Shown one piece after another: positions 1-9,693 of a stretch of 64,000 nucleotides of DNA. The translations under genes were made by a program, and so were the position numbers. How positions within the stretch are numbered: position 1 is the first letter of the stretch; each line of letters begins with the position of its first letter. Source of the stretch: an uncultured Gemmatimonadaceae bacterium (GTDB lineage Bacteria > Gemmatimonadota > Gemmatimonadetes > Gemmatimonadales > Gemmatimonadaceae). Below the pieces are notes generated by a model. The model did not search any database and had not been told where the DNA came from. It worked only from the letters and a program-made list of their open reading frames with translations. The DNA lies in NCBI GenBank assembly GCA_963716745.1, contig OY970320.1, positions 1,856,001 to 1,920,000 of the forward strand. The letters are read 5' to 3'.

Positions 1-17
1 TCGAGCAGTGTTGAACG

Positions 18-50
18 AACGGGCCCCGGCGACATGCCGGGGCCCGTTTT
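18..50 (+). terminator. Intrinsic terminator of an upstream gene
   Basis: 13-bp perfect stem aacgggccccggc / gccggggcccgtt, 5-nt loop, ending in a short T run. Confidence 0.75.
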
Positions 51-150
51 ACATCGGCGTGCAACACGATGCGGAACTTCCCGAAGAAGGGCCGTATAAC
101 AAGTGTGGATAAGGCCTAACCATCGCTCACCTGAGTCGTCAATATTCTGT

Positions 151-759
151 ATGATGCGAAGTCCATTGGCGCACCAGGTCTGGATGACCGGGGCGGTGTT
201 CTTCATCGCTACCGCCCACGCGACCGCTCAATCCGAGGTCGCGGCGCCTAAGCACATCCAGGTCCGCGGCGTGGTGGATGGCGCCACGTTCGTCGAGACC
301 GCCCGGAAATATGTTGGCGTGCGCTACGTGCTCGGCGGCTCGACGCCGCGGGCCTTCGATTGCTCCGGATTCGTGCGCTACGTGTTCATGGTGCACGGCT
401 TCGAGGTGCCGCGCACCGCGCACGAGCAGAGCGGGCTCGGCCGCCGCCCGGAACCCGGCGATCTGCAGCCCGGCGACCTGCTGTTCTTCTACGGCGGCGA
501 AGGCGCCCAGCACATCGCGATCTACGTCGGGCGCGACAGCATCATCCACGCGTCGAGCACCGGCGGCCACGTGAAGATCGACAAGCTGGCCGGCACGGGC
601 ACGCACCGGACGTGGTTCGGCCAGCGCCTCATCGCGGTGCGGCGCGTGCTGCCCGCGGAGGGCGTGTTCCAACTGCCCGGTTCGTTGGCGGCGACGTCGT
701 GGGCCGCGAACAGCTTCGCCGATCCGTTCGCCGACAACGGGGAGCCGCCGCTCTTCTGA
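151..759 (+). CDS. NlpC/P60 (C40) peptidoglycan endopeptidase, secreted
   Basis: YVLGG...FDCSGFV catalytic Cys motif, PGDLLFF, HIAIY and IIHAS His motifs; hydrophobic signal-like N-terminus; start uncertain (103/151/184). Confidence 0.9.
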   Translation: MMRSPLAHQVWMTGAVFFIATAHATAQSEVAAPKHIQVRGVVDGATFVETARKYVGVRYVLGGSTPRAFDCSGFVRYVFMVHGFEVPRTAHEQSGLGRRPEPGDLQPGDLLFFYGGEGAQHIAIYVGRDSIIHASSTGGHVKIDKLAGTGTHRTWFGQRLIAVRRVLPAEGVFQLPGSLAATSWAANSFADPFADNGEPPLF

Positions 760-811
760 TGGCGCCTCCCATCGTGGTGCGCGCGTGACGCTATGGACAT
801 CGTCGTTCCAA

Positions 812-1096
812 ATGCCGATGGACGATTTCGTGCTGCTCTATAGCCGCGAGCTTCCCGGCGGCGGGGTCGTCACGATCGAGGCGTTGCCGGAAGGCAGCCC
901 GAGCGTGCAGGCGCGCGTCTCCGTGGAGCGGCGCACCGATCCGAAGCGCCGCGAAGGACATGTCCCGCCGGTGATCGCGGAAGCGCGCGCGTCGACGCAG
1001 GCGTCGGCGTTCAAGGAATTGTATGGGATCGCGGCGGACAACGTCGCGGTCGCGCGCGGCATCATCCAGTGGCAGGCGAGGCGCCGCTCAGACTGA
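812..1096 (+). CDS. Hypothetical protein
   Basis: Protein-like ORF filling the gap (VLLYSRELPGGGVVTIEA...); start uncertain (785/812/818). Confidence 0.6.
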   Translation: MPMDDFVLLYSRELPGGGVVTIEALPEGSPSVQARVSVERRTDPKRREGHVPPVIAEARASTQASAFKELYGIAADNVAVARGIIQWQARRRSD

Positions 1097-1441
1097 TCGG
1101 GCGCGCCGGATCGTCCGCATCGGGTTGGGCTCGACCGCCTCGCGCAACGCTTCTTCGCCCACCGTCTTCAGCGAACGCGCACCCGAAAGCGCCACGCGCA
1201 CCGAGCGCCGCGGCATCGTCAGACACTCCAGCTGCAGTACCAGCCGCGCGTGTTCCTGGCCGGCCACGACATCTTCGGAGATGAGCCGGGCGACGACGGT
1301 GGCGCGCCAGCGCACGCCGCTCGCGAGTCGCACGATCCGCGACTCGGCGCCCGTTCCTGGCTCTCCCTGCGGCTCCACCCGCGCCCTGTGTCCAGCGCCC
1401 ACGGCATGCTCCGCTGAATATACCTTATATACATATTGCAA
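1088..1441 (-). CDS. Hypothetical protein
   Basis: ORF with plausible composition downstream of an AT-rich promoter-like tract; true start probably downstream of 1441. Confidence 0.45.
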   Translation of the reverse strand: MQYVYKVYSAEHAVGAGHRARVEPQGEPGTGAESRIVRLASGVRWRATVVARLISEDVVAGQEHARLVLQLECLTMPRRSVRVALSGARSLKTVGEEALREAVEPNPMRTIRRARSV

Positions 1442-1481
1442 CTAAAAAAAGTTCCAAGCAAGGCCGGCCGTGCCGCGTTGC

Positions 1482-2189
1482 TTAGCCGTTACCCAGGCCG
1501 TCGAAGCGCACGCCGCGGCGCCCGCCCCGGCGCTTGCGCGGCGAATAGCGGAATAGCTGCGCGGGCCGCCCCCGCCCTTCGCTCCGCCATTCGTCGGTGG
1601 GCTCCACCAGCCAGGCCGCGTGCAATGCGCGGCGGAAACTCGCCTTGTGCACGCGCCGCCCGATCAGCAGCTCGTACACTTCCTGCAGTTGGCTCAGCGT
1701 GAACGTGGGCGGCAGCAGCGAGAACGCGATCGGCGAGTGCTCGAGCCGGGCGCGCACCGCCAGGAGCGCCGCATCGACCATCGCGCGGTGCCGCGGCGGG
1801 ACGGGCGGCAGCTCATCCACCGGGAACCACGCCGTATCGCCGCCCACCGGGCCGGGGGCGCCGCCCGGCACGAGTCCGAGGAATGCCACGGAGACATCGG
1901 CGCCCCCCGGATGCCGCCGCCGGTCGCCGAACGCCGCGACCTGGTCCAACTGCACCTGCGATGACCCGAGCGCCGCGCGCGCCACTCTCGCGGCCGCGTC
2001 CTCCAACGCCTCGTCACCGCGCACACCATCCCACGGCAACTCCCACCGCTCCTTGTTCCGCGATTCGGCGGCGCGCGCCAGGAGCATCATGAGTCCGCGC
2101 CCTTGGGCGGCGAGCAGCACGACGTCGATCGTGAGCGCGGCGCGGCGCGCGGTGGGACGTGTGGCGGGAGGAGCGGAGCGTTCGGGCAT
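1482..2189 (-). CDS. nrtR: NrtR-family transcriptional regulator (Nudix-like domain + C-terminal winged HTH)
   Basis: TIDVVLL..WELP..E.LEDAAAR, LDQVAAFGD..R.P; C-terminal FTLSQLQEVYE...KASFRR...GRPAQLFRY. Confidence 0.85.
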   Translation of the reverse strand: MPERSAPPATRPTARRAALTIDVVLLAAQGRGLMMLLARAAESRNKERWELPWDGVRGDEALEDAAARVARAALGSSQVQLDQVAAFGDRRRHPGGADVSVAFLGLVPGGAPGPVGGDTAWFPVDELPPVPPRHRAMVDAALLAVRARLEHSPIAFSLLPPTFTLSQLQEVYELLIGRRVHKASFRRALHAAWLVEPTDEWRSEGRGRPAQLFRYSPRKRRGGRRGVRFDGLGNG

Positions 2190-2198
2190 CGGCGCCTA

Positions 2199-2226
2199 AT
2201 TAGTCGCTTCATGCGACTAATGTCAA
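2199..2226 (-). promoter_or_regulatory. Palindromic operator overlapping a TTGACA -35 element (probable NrtR autoregulation site)
   Basis: Perfect attagtcgc-ttcat-gcgactaat (2199-2221); minus-strand TTGACA at 2226-2221, 31 nt before the ATG. Confidence 0.75.
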
Positions 2227-2331
2227 GGGCTCGCCACGAATTAGTAACAAAAAATTTCTTAATCACTGCGCGTGCCGCTCTACGCGAGGATAGCGCCGCC
2301 CGCGCCGCGAGTCAACAGCGTGCGCGACCGG

Positions 2332-4176
2332 TTACTTCGGGAGTCCGTTCGGTCCGAGCGCCAGCGGAGCGAGATCGAGCCCCGCGCCCAGCGCCGCGTA
2401 CGGTGGGATCGGGATCGGGAGCCGGCCGCTCACGCGCGCCGAGCCCAACACGGCGCGCGCCGCGGCGAACTGCGATTGCGGGAATCCCGCCCACCCCACG
2501 ATGTACGCGGGAACATCCGGGATCTGCTGCAGGAGATACGGATTCCCCATTGCGACGACGATCGGATGCCGTCCGCGCTTCACCAGCTCCTCGACGAATT
2601 GCGCGAACTGCGGCGGCACGTTCAGCGTCGTCGCCAGATAATTCTGCGCGATGTACGATCCGATCACGATCACGTCCGCCGAATCGCTCAGCGAGAGCAG
2701 CCGCGCGTAGTTCGGCGCCGCGTCATCCGCATCCGCGTACTCCGACCGCAGGCCGCCGAACCATCGCTTCAGCTCCGCGTCGAATGTCACGCCGGCCGCC
2801 AGGTCGGGCCGGTGCGCGAACGTGATCGACAGCACACGCGTCGTGCGCGGAAGCTTCGCCAGCGGCAGCTGGTGGGCGGAGTCGCGCACGACGGTGATCG
2901 AGCGCTCGGCGATCCGCCGCGCCACCCACTCGTGCGCGGAATCTCCCACGATCGTGCGGACGCTGTCCGCATCCACCAGCCGCCGGCGGCGCAGTCCCAC
3001 CGCGAGCTTGGCGCGCAGGATGCGCCGCACCGACGAATCCAGGCGTGCTTCGCTGTAGCGGCCGAGCACCACGCCCGCCGTCACCGCATCGATCGCCGAC
3101 GTCGCGTCCACCGGCTGCAGCAGCACGTCGGCGCCGGCGGACACGGCACGCATGGTCGCCTCGGCGCTACCATACGTCACGACCACCGCGTTCATGTCCA
3201 TCGCATCGGTGATCACGAGCCCATGGAATCGCAACGTGTCGCGCAGCAGCGTCGTGAGCACCTCGCGTGACAGAGTGCCCGGCACGCCGCTCGAATCGAG
3301 AGCCGGCATCGAGCCGTGGAACGTCATGATGCCCGCGACGCCACCCGCGATCGCCGCACGGAACGGCACCAATTCCACGCTGTCGAGGCGCGCACGGGAT
3401 GCATTCACCACCGGCAGCGCGAGATGGGAATTGATCCCCGTATCGCCGTGGCCGGGAAAGTGCTTTCCCGTCGCGATCATGCCGCCATTCTGCACGCCGC
3501 GGATGTACGCCGCTCCCAGCCGCGCCACCGCCGCCGGATCCGCGCCGAACGAGCGCACGCTGATCACCGGGTTCGCCGGATTGTTGTTCACGTCCAGCAC
3601 CGGCGCGAAGTTCATCTGTACGCCGAGCGCGCGGCCTTCGCGGGCGGTCACCCAGCCATCGAGGTAGGCCAGCGCCGTGTCGCCGGTGGCGCCGAGCGCC
3701 ATGGAGGGCGGGAAATTCACCGCGCCCCCGAGATCGATCGCGTTCGGCAGGAAATATCCGCCGCGCACGCGGAATCCTGCGCCGGTCTCGAAGTCGGCGC
3801 TCACCATCAGCGGCAGATCGCTCAACGCCTGCAGATCGTTCACTTTCGAGACGAACTCGAGCGGTGACCCGACCGACATGATGATCCCGCCCACCTCGTC
3901 GCGCGTGACGTAGCGCGTGAGCTTGCGCCACGCCGGCATGTCGCGCGCGATGTAGTCGGCGTAGGAATTGGGCCATACCATCTGCGCGGCCTTCTGTCGC
4001 ATCGACAGGTGCTCGATCACGCAGTTCACCCAGTCGGCGTCCGCCGCCTGAGCGCATGCGCCCCACGCGGTCTCGCGCTCCAGCGCGACCGGGATCGGCG
4101 CCGCCTGCTTCGGCGTTGCGCAGGCGACGAGCGCGCTCGCGACGAACGTTCGCAACAGCCAGCGTCGCAGGATCAC
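2332..4176 (-). CDS. Glycoside hydrolase family 3 beta-N-acetylglucosaminidase, probable lipoprotein
   Basis: SADFETG, APVLDVNNNP, RSFG, KHFPGHGD, TDAMDM motifs; LVAC lipobox. Confidence 0.9.
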   Translation of the reverse strand: MILRRWLLRTFVASALVACATPKQAAPIPVALERETAWGACAQAADADWVNCVIEHLSMRQKAAQMVWPNSYADYIARDMPAWRKLTRYVTRDEVGGIIMSVGSPLEFVSKVNDLQALSDLPLMVSADFETGAGFRVRGGYFLPNAIDLGGAVNFPPSMALGATGDTALAYLDGWVTAREGRALGVQMNFAPVLDVNNNPANPVISVRSFGADPAAVARLGAAYIRGVQNGGMIATGKHFPGHGDTGINSHLALPVVNASRARLDSVELVPFRAAIAGGVAGIMTFHGSMPALDSSGVPGTLSREVLTTLLRDTLRFHGLVITDAMDMNAVVVTYGSAEATMRAVSAGADVLLQPVDATSAIDAVTAGVVLGRYSEARLDSSVRRILRAKLAVGLRRRRLVDADSVRTIVGDSAHEWVARRIAERSITVVRDSAHQLPLAKLPRTTRVLSITFAHRPDLAAGVTFDAELKRWFGGLRSEYADADDAAPNYARLLSLSDSADVIVIGSYIAQNYLATTLNVPPQFAQFVEELVKRGRHPIVVAMGNPYLLQQIPDVPAYIVGWAGFPQSQFAAARAVLGSARVSGRLPIPIPPYAALGAGLDLAPLALGPNGLPK

Positions 4177-4448
4177 CAGTTGATGCTTCCTTCTTTGCTG
4201 GTGTCCACCTGTTCCTCTTTACCGGTCTTGAAGAGGAACGCTTCCATGCTGCGCGTGAGGAATGCGCGAGCCTGCGGGTCCATCAGGTTCAGGCCGTGAT
4301 GGTTGATCAGCATCTTCTGCTGCTGCAGCCACTGGGCCCAGCACTCGGCGCAGATCTCCGTGAGCGCGCGCGCCCCGATCGCTCCGGGGAACGGCTGGCG
4401 CTCCAATCCCGCGCGTGTCTTCCCGCAGCGGGTGCAGGTCACTTCCAT
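4173..4448 (-). CDS. Fe(II)-trafficking / oxidative damage protection protein (YggX family)
   Basis: PFPGAIG...ICAECWAQWLQQQKMLINHHGLNLMDP.AR.FL pattern. Confidence 0.85.
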   Translation of the reverse strand: MEVTCTRCGKTRAGLERQPFPGAIGARALTEICAECWAQWLQQQKMLINHHGLNLMDPQARAFLTRSMEAFLFKTGKEEQVDTSKEGSINW

Positions 4449-4493
4449 GAGAGGATCTCCCGGCGCGGCGGCGCGAAGCGCGCCGCCTTCAAC

Positions 4494-5243
4494 TCACGCC
4501 CGCGCGTAGCGGACCTTGGCCAATCCGAACAGCTGCATCACCCGGATGTAGGCCCAGCCAATGTCGAACTCGTACCATTTTGCCTGGAACTTCGCGGAGT
4601 GCGGATCGGCGTGGTGATTGTTGTGCAGCTCCTCGCCGCCCAGCCAGATGGCGATGGGCAGGATGTTCCTGCTCTCGTCCTTCACATCGTAATTGCGATA
4701 GCCTAGCGCGTGGCCGACGCCGTTGATGATCCCCGCAGCCCAGAACGGGATCCAGAGCATCTGCGCGGCCCACACGAGCGGACCGGCGTAGAATCCGAAG
4801 AGATATATGTCGATCAGCAGCATCAGGATGATGCCGATCCAAGGCCGCTTCGACAGTACGTAGCGCTCGAGCCAGTCGCTCGGCGTTCCCTTGCCGTACT
4901 TCTCGAGGATCTCGGGGACGCGGACCGTATTCCGGTAGTAGAAGGCGCCCTTCAGGATGATGTTCCGGAGCCCTTCGAGCACGGGGCTGTGCGGATCGCC
5001 ATCGCGGTCGGCGAAGGCATGATGCTTCCGGTGCACCGCCACCCATTCCTTGGTGACGATCGAGGTCGAGAGCCACAGCCAGAAGCGCATCGGCACTTCG
5101 ACGATCTTGCTGAACGTCACGCCCCGGTGCGTTTGCGCCCGGTGCAGGAACAACGTGACACAGACATTGGTCAAATGGCCGGCGATCACTACGAAGAGGA
5201 TCGGCATCCACCAGTGCGCGGCCCAGCTTCCGAAATGCGGCAT
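4494..5243 (-). CDS. Membrane fatty-acid (delta-9 acyl-CoA type) desaturase
   Basis: His boxes LHRAQTH, HRKHH, LHNNHH; DPHSP; WYEFDIGW. Confidence 0.9.
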   Translation of the reverse strand: MPHFGSWAAHWWMPILFVVIAGHLTNVCVTLFLHRAQTHRGVTFSKIVEVPMRFWLWLSTSIVTKEWVAVHRKHHAFADRDGDPHSPVLEGLRNIILKGAFYYRNTVRVPEILEKYGKGTPSDWLERYVLSKRPWIGIILMLLIDIYLFGFYAGPLVWAAQMLWIPFWAAGIINGVGHALGYRNYDVKDESRNILPIAIWLGGEELHNNHHADPHSAKFQAKWYEFDIGWAYIRVMQLFGLAKVRYARA

Positions 5244-5380
5244 CGGGACCTTCCTTCGGCGATAATGAGCGGGCGTACCAGAGGGGCGCGCCCGCACGGT
5301 GGTCCGGACGCCTGTTCAGCGGCCTGGACTACCGATTCGTAATCTAACTCCGGAGGGGCCTTACGCCAACGACCGGGCGG

Positions 5381-7531
5381 TCATGGGGTGATGTTCAAAG
5401 GACTTGCGAGCCCGCCCGTGGTCACCTGCGCGGGGCGATCCTGCGGCGGTGCGTCCCCCCACGCGTCGTTCGCCGGATCCCAGTCCGGCACGCTCGGATC
5501 GGGCCACAGGCGTACACCGGTCACCGGGCTCGCGACGGGGATCGACGCGTCGTAGCGATCGCCGGCCGTCCAGATCTCCACCGGCAGCATCACCGTGCGC
5601 AGCGAACCGTCGGCGAGCTTGAGCCGCATCTCCACCGGGAACGGGATGCTCGTGTGCTTCGTGAGCCGCACCACCGCGCGCATGCCATCGCGCGTATTCA
5701 CCGTGAACGCGGTATCGACGCCAATGTCGAGCACGTCGTCGCTGTAGAAGAACGCGGTCCAGTACCACGAGAGGTCCTTGCCGCTCACGTTCTCCATCGT
5801 GCGGAAGAAATCGCCCGGCGTCGGATGTTTGAAGGCCCAGCGGCGCGCGTACTCGCGGAGTGCTTCGTCGAAGGCCGCGGGCCCCACCACGTGATTCCGG
5901 AGCGCCAACAGCACCGCGCCCGGTTTCCGATACGCCATCGCGCCGAGCGCTCCCGCATTGATCCGGTCCGCCGGCGTCATGAGCGGCGCCTGTGTACCGT
6001 CGGCCACCGCACGGCGCCAGTCGTCCATGTATTGCTCCCACTTCGTCGTGCCCGTGTCGTGCGCCTCTTGGGAGAACGCGTTGATGTAGGTATTGATCCC
6101 CTCATCCATCCATCCGTAGCGGCGCTCGTTGGATCCCACGAGCATCGGGAACCACTCGTGGCCCTGCTCGTGATCGATGGTGCCGAACACCGACGCGGTG
6201 TCGGATGCGAGCTTGCCGTAATGCACCATCACGAACATCGGATACTCCATTCCGCCCACCGGACCGGCGACGCTCGTCGCCTGTGGATATGGATACGGCT
6301 GCACCAGCTGCGAATAGAACCGGATGCTCCACCGCGTCCACTCGGCGGCGCGCTGCCATGACGCGCCCGCCTTGGCGAGCTCGTAGTAGGACTGGATGAG
6401 GATCCCGTTCCAGTTCGTCGCGTCCCAGCGGAAGTCGGGCGCGCCCGCCCACGCGACGTCGCGCACGTTCTGCGCGCGGAACCGCCACGTTCGCGTCCCG
6501 GCGCGCGGCGCCGCGGCGTCCTCGCCCGCGGCGATGATCGGAACGACGTTCGGCGAGCGCGCCGCATCGGCGAGCCGCGTGCGCTGCGCCGGCGTGAGCA
6601 CCTCGCGCGGATTCTGCAGCACGCCGCTCCCCGCGATCGTGTAGCCCGCCGGCGCGGTCACCGCGTAATCAATGTCGCCGTACTCGAGATAGAACTCTCC
6701 CTGGCCATAGTAGGGGTCGGTATTCCAGCCGCGCACGTCGTCGTACACCGCCATGCGCGGGTACCATTGTGCGATCTCGAACAGACGGCCGTCGCGCCCC
6801 ATCCGGTCGGAGCCATGGTTCGGGACGCGGAACGCATAATCCATCTCCAGTGTCAGCCGTCCGCCGCGCGGCGGCAGCGGCGACGCCAGCTTCACGCGCA
6901 TGCGCGTATCATCCACGCTGGGAAGCGCGGGCTTCCCGTTCACGGTCAGATTGCGGATGTCATACCCGCCGCGGAATCCGCGCGCGCCCCAGCGCGTCTC
7001 CTCGCCGCGCAGGGTGCTCCCCAGACTTCCCTCACGATAGAGGTTCTGGTCCAACTGGATCCAAATGAAGGTCAGGGTGTCGGGAGAATTGTTTGTGTAC
7101 GCGATCGCGACGTGGCCGGTGATATTCTGCTCGGCGGTGTCCAGGGTGACGGCAATGTTGTAGTCCGCGCGCTGCTGCCAGTAGTCGGGACCCGGCTGCC
7201 CGCTCGCGGAGCGGTACCGGTTGGGTCCTGGCCAATCCATGCGGTCGACGCGTGCGAAGGGATCCACCGGAGTGGCGATCGCTCCTTGTGCGGTCGTCAC
7301 CGGCGCACGCGGCGCGACGGTCGCTGCGGTCGGGCCCGTGGTGACGGTCGCGCTCTTCGGCGGGACCTGCGATCTCGGCGCGCTCGTCGCAGCCGGCGGC
7401 ACGGCCGTCGCGGTCACCGTCGGCAGGGAATCCACGCGGTGGGGCGCATTGCTCGGCGGAGGCGGTGGCACTTTCGCCAAGGGCGAGCACGCCGACAGGA
7501 GCGCGAGACTCGCGAAGAGCGATCGATTCAC
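5381..7531 (-). CDS. M1-family metallopeptidase, lipoprotein with Pro/Thr-rich linker
   Basis: GMEYP, HEQGHEWF (HExxH), WMDEG, AYRKP; LSAC lipobox after GTG at 7531. Confidence 0.85.
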   Translation of the reverse strand: MNRSLFASLALLSACSPLAKVPPPPPSNAPHRVDSLPTVTATAVPPAATSAPRSQVPPKSATVTTGPTAATVAPRAPVTTAQGAIATPVDPFARVDRMDWPGPNRYRSASGQPGPDYWQQRADYNIAVTLDTAEQNITGHVAIAYTNNSPDTLTFIWIQLDQNLYREGSLGSTLRGEETRWGARGFRGGYDIRNLTVNGKPALPSVDDTRMRVKLASPLPPRGGRLTLEMDYAFRVPNHGSDRMGRDGRLFEIAQWYPRMAVYDDVRGWNTDPYYGQGEFYLEYGDIDYAVTAPAGYTIAGSGVLQNPREVLTPAQRTRLADAARSPNVVPIIAAGEDAAAPRAGTRTWRFRAQNVRDVAWAGAPDFRWDATNWNGILIQSYYELAKAGASWQRAAEWTRWSIRFYSQLVQPYPYPQATSVAGPVGGMEYPMFVMVHYGKLASDTASVFGTIDHEQGHEWFPMLVGSNERRYGWMDEGINTYINAFSQEAHDTGTTKWEQYMDDWRRAVADGTQAPLMTPADRINAGALGAMAYRKPGAVLLALRNHVVGPAAFDEALREYARRWAFKHPTPGDFFRTMENVSGKDLSWYWTAFFYSDDVLDIGVDTAFTVNTRDGMRAVVRLTKHTSIPFPVEMRLKLADGSLRTVMLPVEIWTAGDRYDASIPVASPVTGVRLWPDPSVPDWDPANDAWGDAPPQDRPAQVTTGGLASPLNITP

Positions 7532-7599
7532 GGAGACCACCGCGTGTTGGGGAGTGAACTGCGACTGCCCAAGATAACGCGGGCGCCGGCCCGCGCGCG

Positions 7600-8829
7600 C
7601 TATTCGTGCCGGATCGCTTCGATCGGGCTCAGTCGTGCAGCGCGCACGGCGGGATACAATCCGAACACGATCCCGATCGCCACCGAGAGGCCCGCCGCGA
7701 TGAGGATCGTCGCCGGCGTGATGGCGGCATGCACCAGCGCCTTGGTCTTCGCACGCATGACCGCCGCGGCGAGGAACGCGATGCCCAACCCGAGCCCGAC
7801 GCCGACCGTGGCGCCCGCGCCGGTGATGACCACCGACTCCGAGAGGAACTGGATGAGCACGTCGCGATTGCGTGCGCCGGTCGCTTTCCGCACACCGATC
7901 TCGCGCGTGCGTTCCGCGACCGAGGCGAGCAGCACGTTCATGATCCCAATGCCGCCCACGAGCAATGACACGCCGGTGATCGCACCCATCAGCAGCTTGA
8001 ACACCAGGATCACCGACGCGACCTGCGCGACACGCGACTGGTTCGTGTTCACGCTCGCCCGCTCCTTCCACTTGGCGCCGTAGCGTTCCGCCATCCATCG
8101 CTCGGCGTCGCCACGGATGCGCTCGACGTCCTCGATCCGCGGCGCGACGAGCGCCAGGGTCGGCGCATGGCTGCCGGGGATCGCGCGTGCGGCCTCATCC
8201 ACCGGCACGTAGGCATCGAGTGCCGTCGCTTGCGGTCCGCCCGACACGACGCCGATCACGGTGAACGTGTTGCCGTTCAGGCGAAGTGCGCGCCCCACCG
8301 CGGATGATGGGGCCCCGCTGTCGCGCGTCACGGCGCCGGCGGCGCGCTCGTTGAGCACGACCACACCGGTGTCGCCATCCACGAACGTTCGCCCCGCGAC
8401 TGTCGTCATCTTCGCATCGTGGAAATGCGTGGCGAGCCCGCCGATCACGCGGAAGCCGCGCGGTGGCGTGGTCGGATAAAGCGTGACCATTGCCGCCCCC
8501 GAGGCGACAAGCGCCACCTTGTGCTCGCCCGCAATGGCGCCATCCAGCGCACGCGCATCCGCGCGCGTGAATTGCAGGATGTCCTCCCGGCGCACGAGCT
8601 GTCCGTCGATGTCCGCCTGCGTCGCCGGCACGATCGCCACGCCGAGCAAGTCCGTCGTCTCCTCGATCTGCGCCCGCGCGAACGCCTCGACGCCGTCGCC
8701 CATCGAGAGCACCGACACCATCGCGCCGACACCCATCACGACGCCCAGCCCCGAGAGCAGGGCGCGCAACGGATTGGCGCGCAGGGCGTCGAGCCCGACG
8801 TTGAGCGAACTGCGAGCGGAGATCGGCAT
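7600..8829 (-). CDS. ABC transporter permease, MacB/FtsX family
   Basis: LRANPLRALLSGLGVVMGV; GGIGIMNVLLASVAERTREIGVRKATGA; PAVRAARLSPIEAIR. Confidence 0.9.
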   Translation of the reverse strand: MPISARSSLNVGLDALRANPLRALLSGLGVVMGVGAMVSVLSMGDGVEAFARAQIEETTDLLGVAIVPATQADIDGQLVRREDILQFTRADARALDGAIAGEHKVALVASGAAMVTLYPTTPPRGFRVIGGLATHFHDAKMTTVAGRTFVDGDTGVVVLNERAAGAVTRDSGAPSSAVGRALRLNGNTFTVIGVVSGGPQATALDAYVPVDEAARAIPGSHAPTLALVAPRIEDVERIRGDAERWMAERYGAKWKERASVNTNQSRVAQVASVILVFKLLMGAITGVSLLVGGIGIMNVLLASVAERTREIGVRKATGARNRDVLIQFLSESVVITGAGATVGVGLGLGIAFLAAAVMRAKTKALVHAAITPATILIAAGLSVAIGIVFGLYPAVRAARLSPIEAIRHE

Positions 8830-8892
8830 GGCTACGTGTACGCTCGGCGGGCGGCGCCTGTTTCGGTCCGGTCAGCGATCATGGATGTGACA

Positions 8893-8923
8893 GAGCGCGC
8901 CGGCTGAGGCAGCCGGCGCGCTC
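8893..8923 (-). terminator. Stem-loop, probable terminator of the 8940-9530 gene
   Basis: 14-bp perfect inverted repeat gagcgcgccggctg-agg-cagccggcgcgctc; weak U tail. Confidence 0.55.
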
Positions 8924-8939
8924 GTTGTCCCGCCGCCGG

Positions 8940-9530
8940 TTACTTCGAGACCGAGACCGGCGTGACGATCAGATGCAGGTTGTGATTGATGCGCAGGCCG
9001 GAGACCCCGTCAGTCGGGTTCGTTCCCTTCGGTACCGTCGCCACCAATTTGCTGTTCACCTGGAAATGGATGGCGTCGGGAGCGACGTGAACGTACAAGT
9101 GGTACGTCGCCTTACCGCTCGCGTCTTCCGTCGGGACGTTCTCGCTCGCGGTCCACGGCACGACCGACGTCGCCTTCGTGCCGTGCATCACGCTCACCAT
9201 GTACTTCCCGTCGCCCCGCACGAGGAAGTAGGTGTACGTGCGCTGTGCGGGGTCATCCAGATTCGTGCCGCCGATGAAAACGCCGTACGCTTCCGGATAC
9301 TTCGGCTTGGTGACCTGCTCGATCGTGGCACTCGTCGCCGACCCGGTGGTTCCCATATCCTTGGCATTGAAGAGGATATGGGCCGGTCCGGTGGTCACGT
9401 CCCAGTTCGGTCCAGAGGCGGTATAGACCGCCTGCGCCATGTTCGCATCAGCCTTGTCTGGCACGGCGGTGTAGCCCGCCGGAATGTAGGTGGCGCCGAG
9501 CACTGCGACTGCGGTGAGAATGGATCGCAT
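8940..9530 (-). CDS. Secreted beta-rich hypothetical protein
   Basis: Signal-peptide-like N-terminus, GGAGGT-like RBS (gaggt), beta-strand-rich sequence. Confidence 0.7.
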   Translation of the reverse strand: MRSILTAVAVLGATYIPAGYTAVPDKADANMAQAVYTASGPNWDVTTGPAHILFNAKDMGTTGSATSATIEQVTKPKYPEAYGVFIGGTNLDDPAQRTYTYFLVRGDGKYMVSVMHGTKATSVVPWTASENVPTEDASGKATYHLYVHVAPDAIHFQVNSKLVATVPKGTNPTDGVSGLRINHNLHLIVTPVSVSK

Positions 9531-9693
9531 GTCTGACCTCGGGGGGCTAGGGTTCAGGGCGAATATACCCCGGACATCGCGCTCTGCACCACTATGTGCG
9601 CTGGCGGCACATCGCCCGCCTGTGCATACTAAGCCGTGCGCTGCTCGCAGTCGCGATGGCGCGCGGGACCATCAATCCATCCGGAGCACTCTC

